Under the pieces are notes generated by a model that had not been told where the DNA came from, ran no database searches, and was given only the letters and a program-made list of their open reading frames with translations. Both the position numbers and the translations under genes were made by a program. DNA of 64,000 nt from an uncultured Chitinophagales bacterium (GTDB taxonomy: Bacteria > Bacteroidota > Ignavibacteria > UBA10030 > UBA6906): positions 1,667 through 65,666 of the forward strand of contig CAYUFU010000005.1 of assembly GCA_964444145.1 (NCBI GenBank). The letters are read 5' to 3'. Below, one piece after another: positions 62,680-64,000 of this stretch. The stretch's first letter is position 1. Every line of letters starts with the position of its first letter.

Positions 62680-63630
62680 ATGCACGAATGGCTCAAGCTC
62701 CCGATTGATGCATCCGCACATGGGCATGACATTGACCACCTCATTGTCGTCATTCATTGGTTGATGGCGGTACTGTTTGTCGGATGGGGCACTTTCTTTG
62801 TGTACACTCTCATCCGCTTTCGCAAGAAGGCGAATCCCACGGCGGACTACGTCGGCGTGAAATCGCACGCATCGAGTTATCTCGAAGTCGCCGTCGCGCT
62901 CTTCGAAGGATTTTTGCTCGTCGGACTTTCGATTCCGATGTGGGCGAATGTTTGGACGAACTATCCCGACGAGAAGGATGCGGTCGTCATTCACGTGGTC
63001 GCCGAGCAATTTGCCTGGAACATTCACTATCCGGGGAAAGATGGTAAGTTCGGCGAGCGGGATATCAAGCTCGTGACGGCAGAGAACCCGCTTGGGTTAA
63101 ACCGCGAGGATGCCGACGCGAAAGACGACATCGCGACGATCAACACGCTTCACATCCCTGTCGGGAAGAAGATTTTGATCAAGCTCTCCAGCAAAGACGT
63201 TATCCATAGTTTTGCGTTGCCGTTGTTGCGAGTGAAGCAAGACGCGATTCCCGGACAACAAATCCCGATCACCTTTACGGCTACGATGACAACCGCAGAG
63301 ATTCGCGCTAAACTCGCGTCGTCATTTTCGCCCTCACAGCTCAGACTGGCTGAGGGCGCAACACCCTCCATGATTGCTGATGCCGATTACAAAGCGGCAG
63401 ACGGTTCGGCGCTGCTGACCAAGGGAGATCTCATTACGAACGACGTTCTCACGAAATTGACGGAGGCGGGGATTACGACCGTTCAGGCAACGCAGGATAC
63501 ACCAGCAGAAATTGCGTGCGCTCAATTATGTGGTCTTGGACATTACCGCATGCGCGGTACGGTCGTGCTCGACACGCCGGAACAATATGAAGCATGGTTA
63601 GCTGAGGAAGCGAGTTATCTTGAACAGTAA
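62680..63630 (+). CDS. ctaC: Cytochrome c oxidase subunit II (CuA), with a large insertion in the cupredoxin domain
   Basis: 316-aa ORF with 2 TM helices and CuA ligands DVIHSF...CAQLCGLGHYRM. There are 103 residues between the His and the first Cys. No cytochrome c domain. Confidence 0.9.
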   Translation: MHEWLKLPIDASAHGHDIDHLIVVIHWLMAVLFVGWGTFFVYTLIRFRKKANPTADYVGVKSHASSYLEVAVALFEGFLLVGLSIPMWANVWTNYPDEKDAVVIHVVAEQFAWNIHYPGKDGKFGERDIKLVTAENPLGLNREDADAKDDIATINTLHIPVGKKILIKLSSKDVIHSFALPLLRVKQDAIPGQQIPITFTATMTTAEIRAKLASSFSPSQLRLAEGATPSMIADADYKAADGSALLTKGDLITNDVLTKLTEAGITTVQATQDTPAEIACAQLCGLGHYRMRGTVVLDTPEQYEAWLAEEASYLEQ

Positions 63631-64000
63631 AAACAATATCGCACTACATTGGTTTGCTGTCGCGACTGCCTGCGCGACATTCTTGCTCATTATTGCCGGC
63701 GGGTTAGTAACGAGCACCGATTCGGGGCTCGCGGTTCCCGATTGGCCCCTCTCGTACGGGCAGCTCATGCCGCCGATGGTCGGCGGAATCTTCTATGAGC
63801 ACGGACATCGCATGGTGGCGACCTTTGTTGGCTTGCTCACCACGATTCTCGCCATCTGGCTCTGGAGGGCAGAGGAGCGACGCTGGGTGAGAAATCTCGG
63901 CTGGATCGCTTTGCTCGCTGTTATCGCACAAGGTGTGTTGGGAGGCATCACGGTGCTGTACTTGTTGCCGACCTGGGTTTCGACCACGCATGCGACGCTT
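63620..64000 (+). CDS. ctaA: Haem A synthase (CtaA/COX15), 5' part; continues beyond window end
   Basis: Not in the track (no stop in the window). My translation from TTG 63620: LNSKNNIALHWFAVATACATFLLIIAGGLVTSTDSGLAVPDWPLSYG...HRMVA. The start codon is uncertain. Confidence 0.75.
   Translation, partial: MNSKNNIALHWFAVATACATFLLIIAGGLVTSTDSGLAVPDWPLSYGQLMPPMVGGIFYEHGHRMVATFVGLLTTILAIWLWRAEERRWVRNLGWIALLAVIAQGVLGGITVLYLLPTWVSTTHATL

Overview
Dense, GC-rich bacterial chromosomal segment. I saw no rRNA, tRNA or CRISPR by eye.

**Layout.** Positions 1-30856 are one uninterrupted block of minus-strand genes. Positions 31501-64000 are almost entirely plus-strand, with only bshC reversed.

**Minus block, in transcription order:**
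- HAMP/PAS histidine kinase and an NtrC-type regulator
- FG-GAP protein with a T9SS sorting tag
- SulP permease and a TauE-like remnant
- an atypical sigma54 activator
- phosphoribulokinase, green-type form I RuBisCO (cbbLS), a CBS-pair protein and a TrxR-type ferredoxin-NADP reductase
- a complete cytoplasmic sulfur-oxidation set: 2 TusA-like, 2 DsrE-family, 2 GcvH-like LbpA, sHdrC1-B1-A-H, a fused HdrD-like subunit and EtfBA
- a RAYT transposase with REP hairpins
- 2 lipoate-ligase paralogs, 2 LipS-type radical SAM enzymes and a third, unassigned radical SAM enzyme
- the 5' part of a membrane EMO/HdrD-like Fe-S protein

**Plus block, in order:**
- a sigma54-promoted FadL-like porin, a tandem DUF302-like protein and a beta-propeller lipoprotein
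- a Tat-less molybdopterin oxidoreductase whose FeS and NrfD-like subunits are fused (SoeABC-like)
- rimP-nusA-infB-rbfA-ribF-rpsO-pnp
- two thrombospondin-repeat outer-membrane proteins
- bshC (minus strand)
- a respiratory cluster: Rieske, cytochrome b, subunit IV-like, octahaem cytochrome c, cupredoxin, A-type haem-copper oxidase and haem A synthase

**Best candidates for something new:**
- the type II-like sHdr-LbpA-ETF-EMO supercluster, physically and probably regulatorily (sigma54) joined to CBB genes
- the extra radical SAM enzyme in the lipoate-assembly block
- the Rossmann-domain sigma54 activator next to prk
- the cbbS-CBS-FNR module
- the fused cytoplasm-facing Mo enzyme
- a family of structured intercistronic repeats

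**Limits.** The T9SS tag and BshC suggest an FCB-superphylum-like host (inference only). All calls rest on reading motifs by eye; no database search was run.
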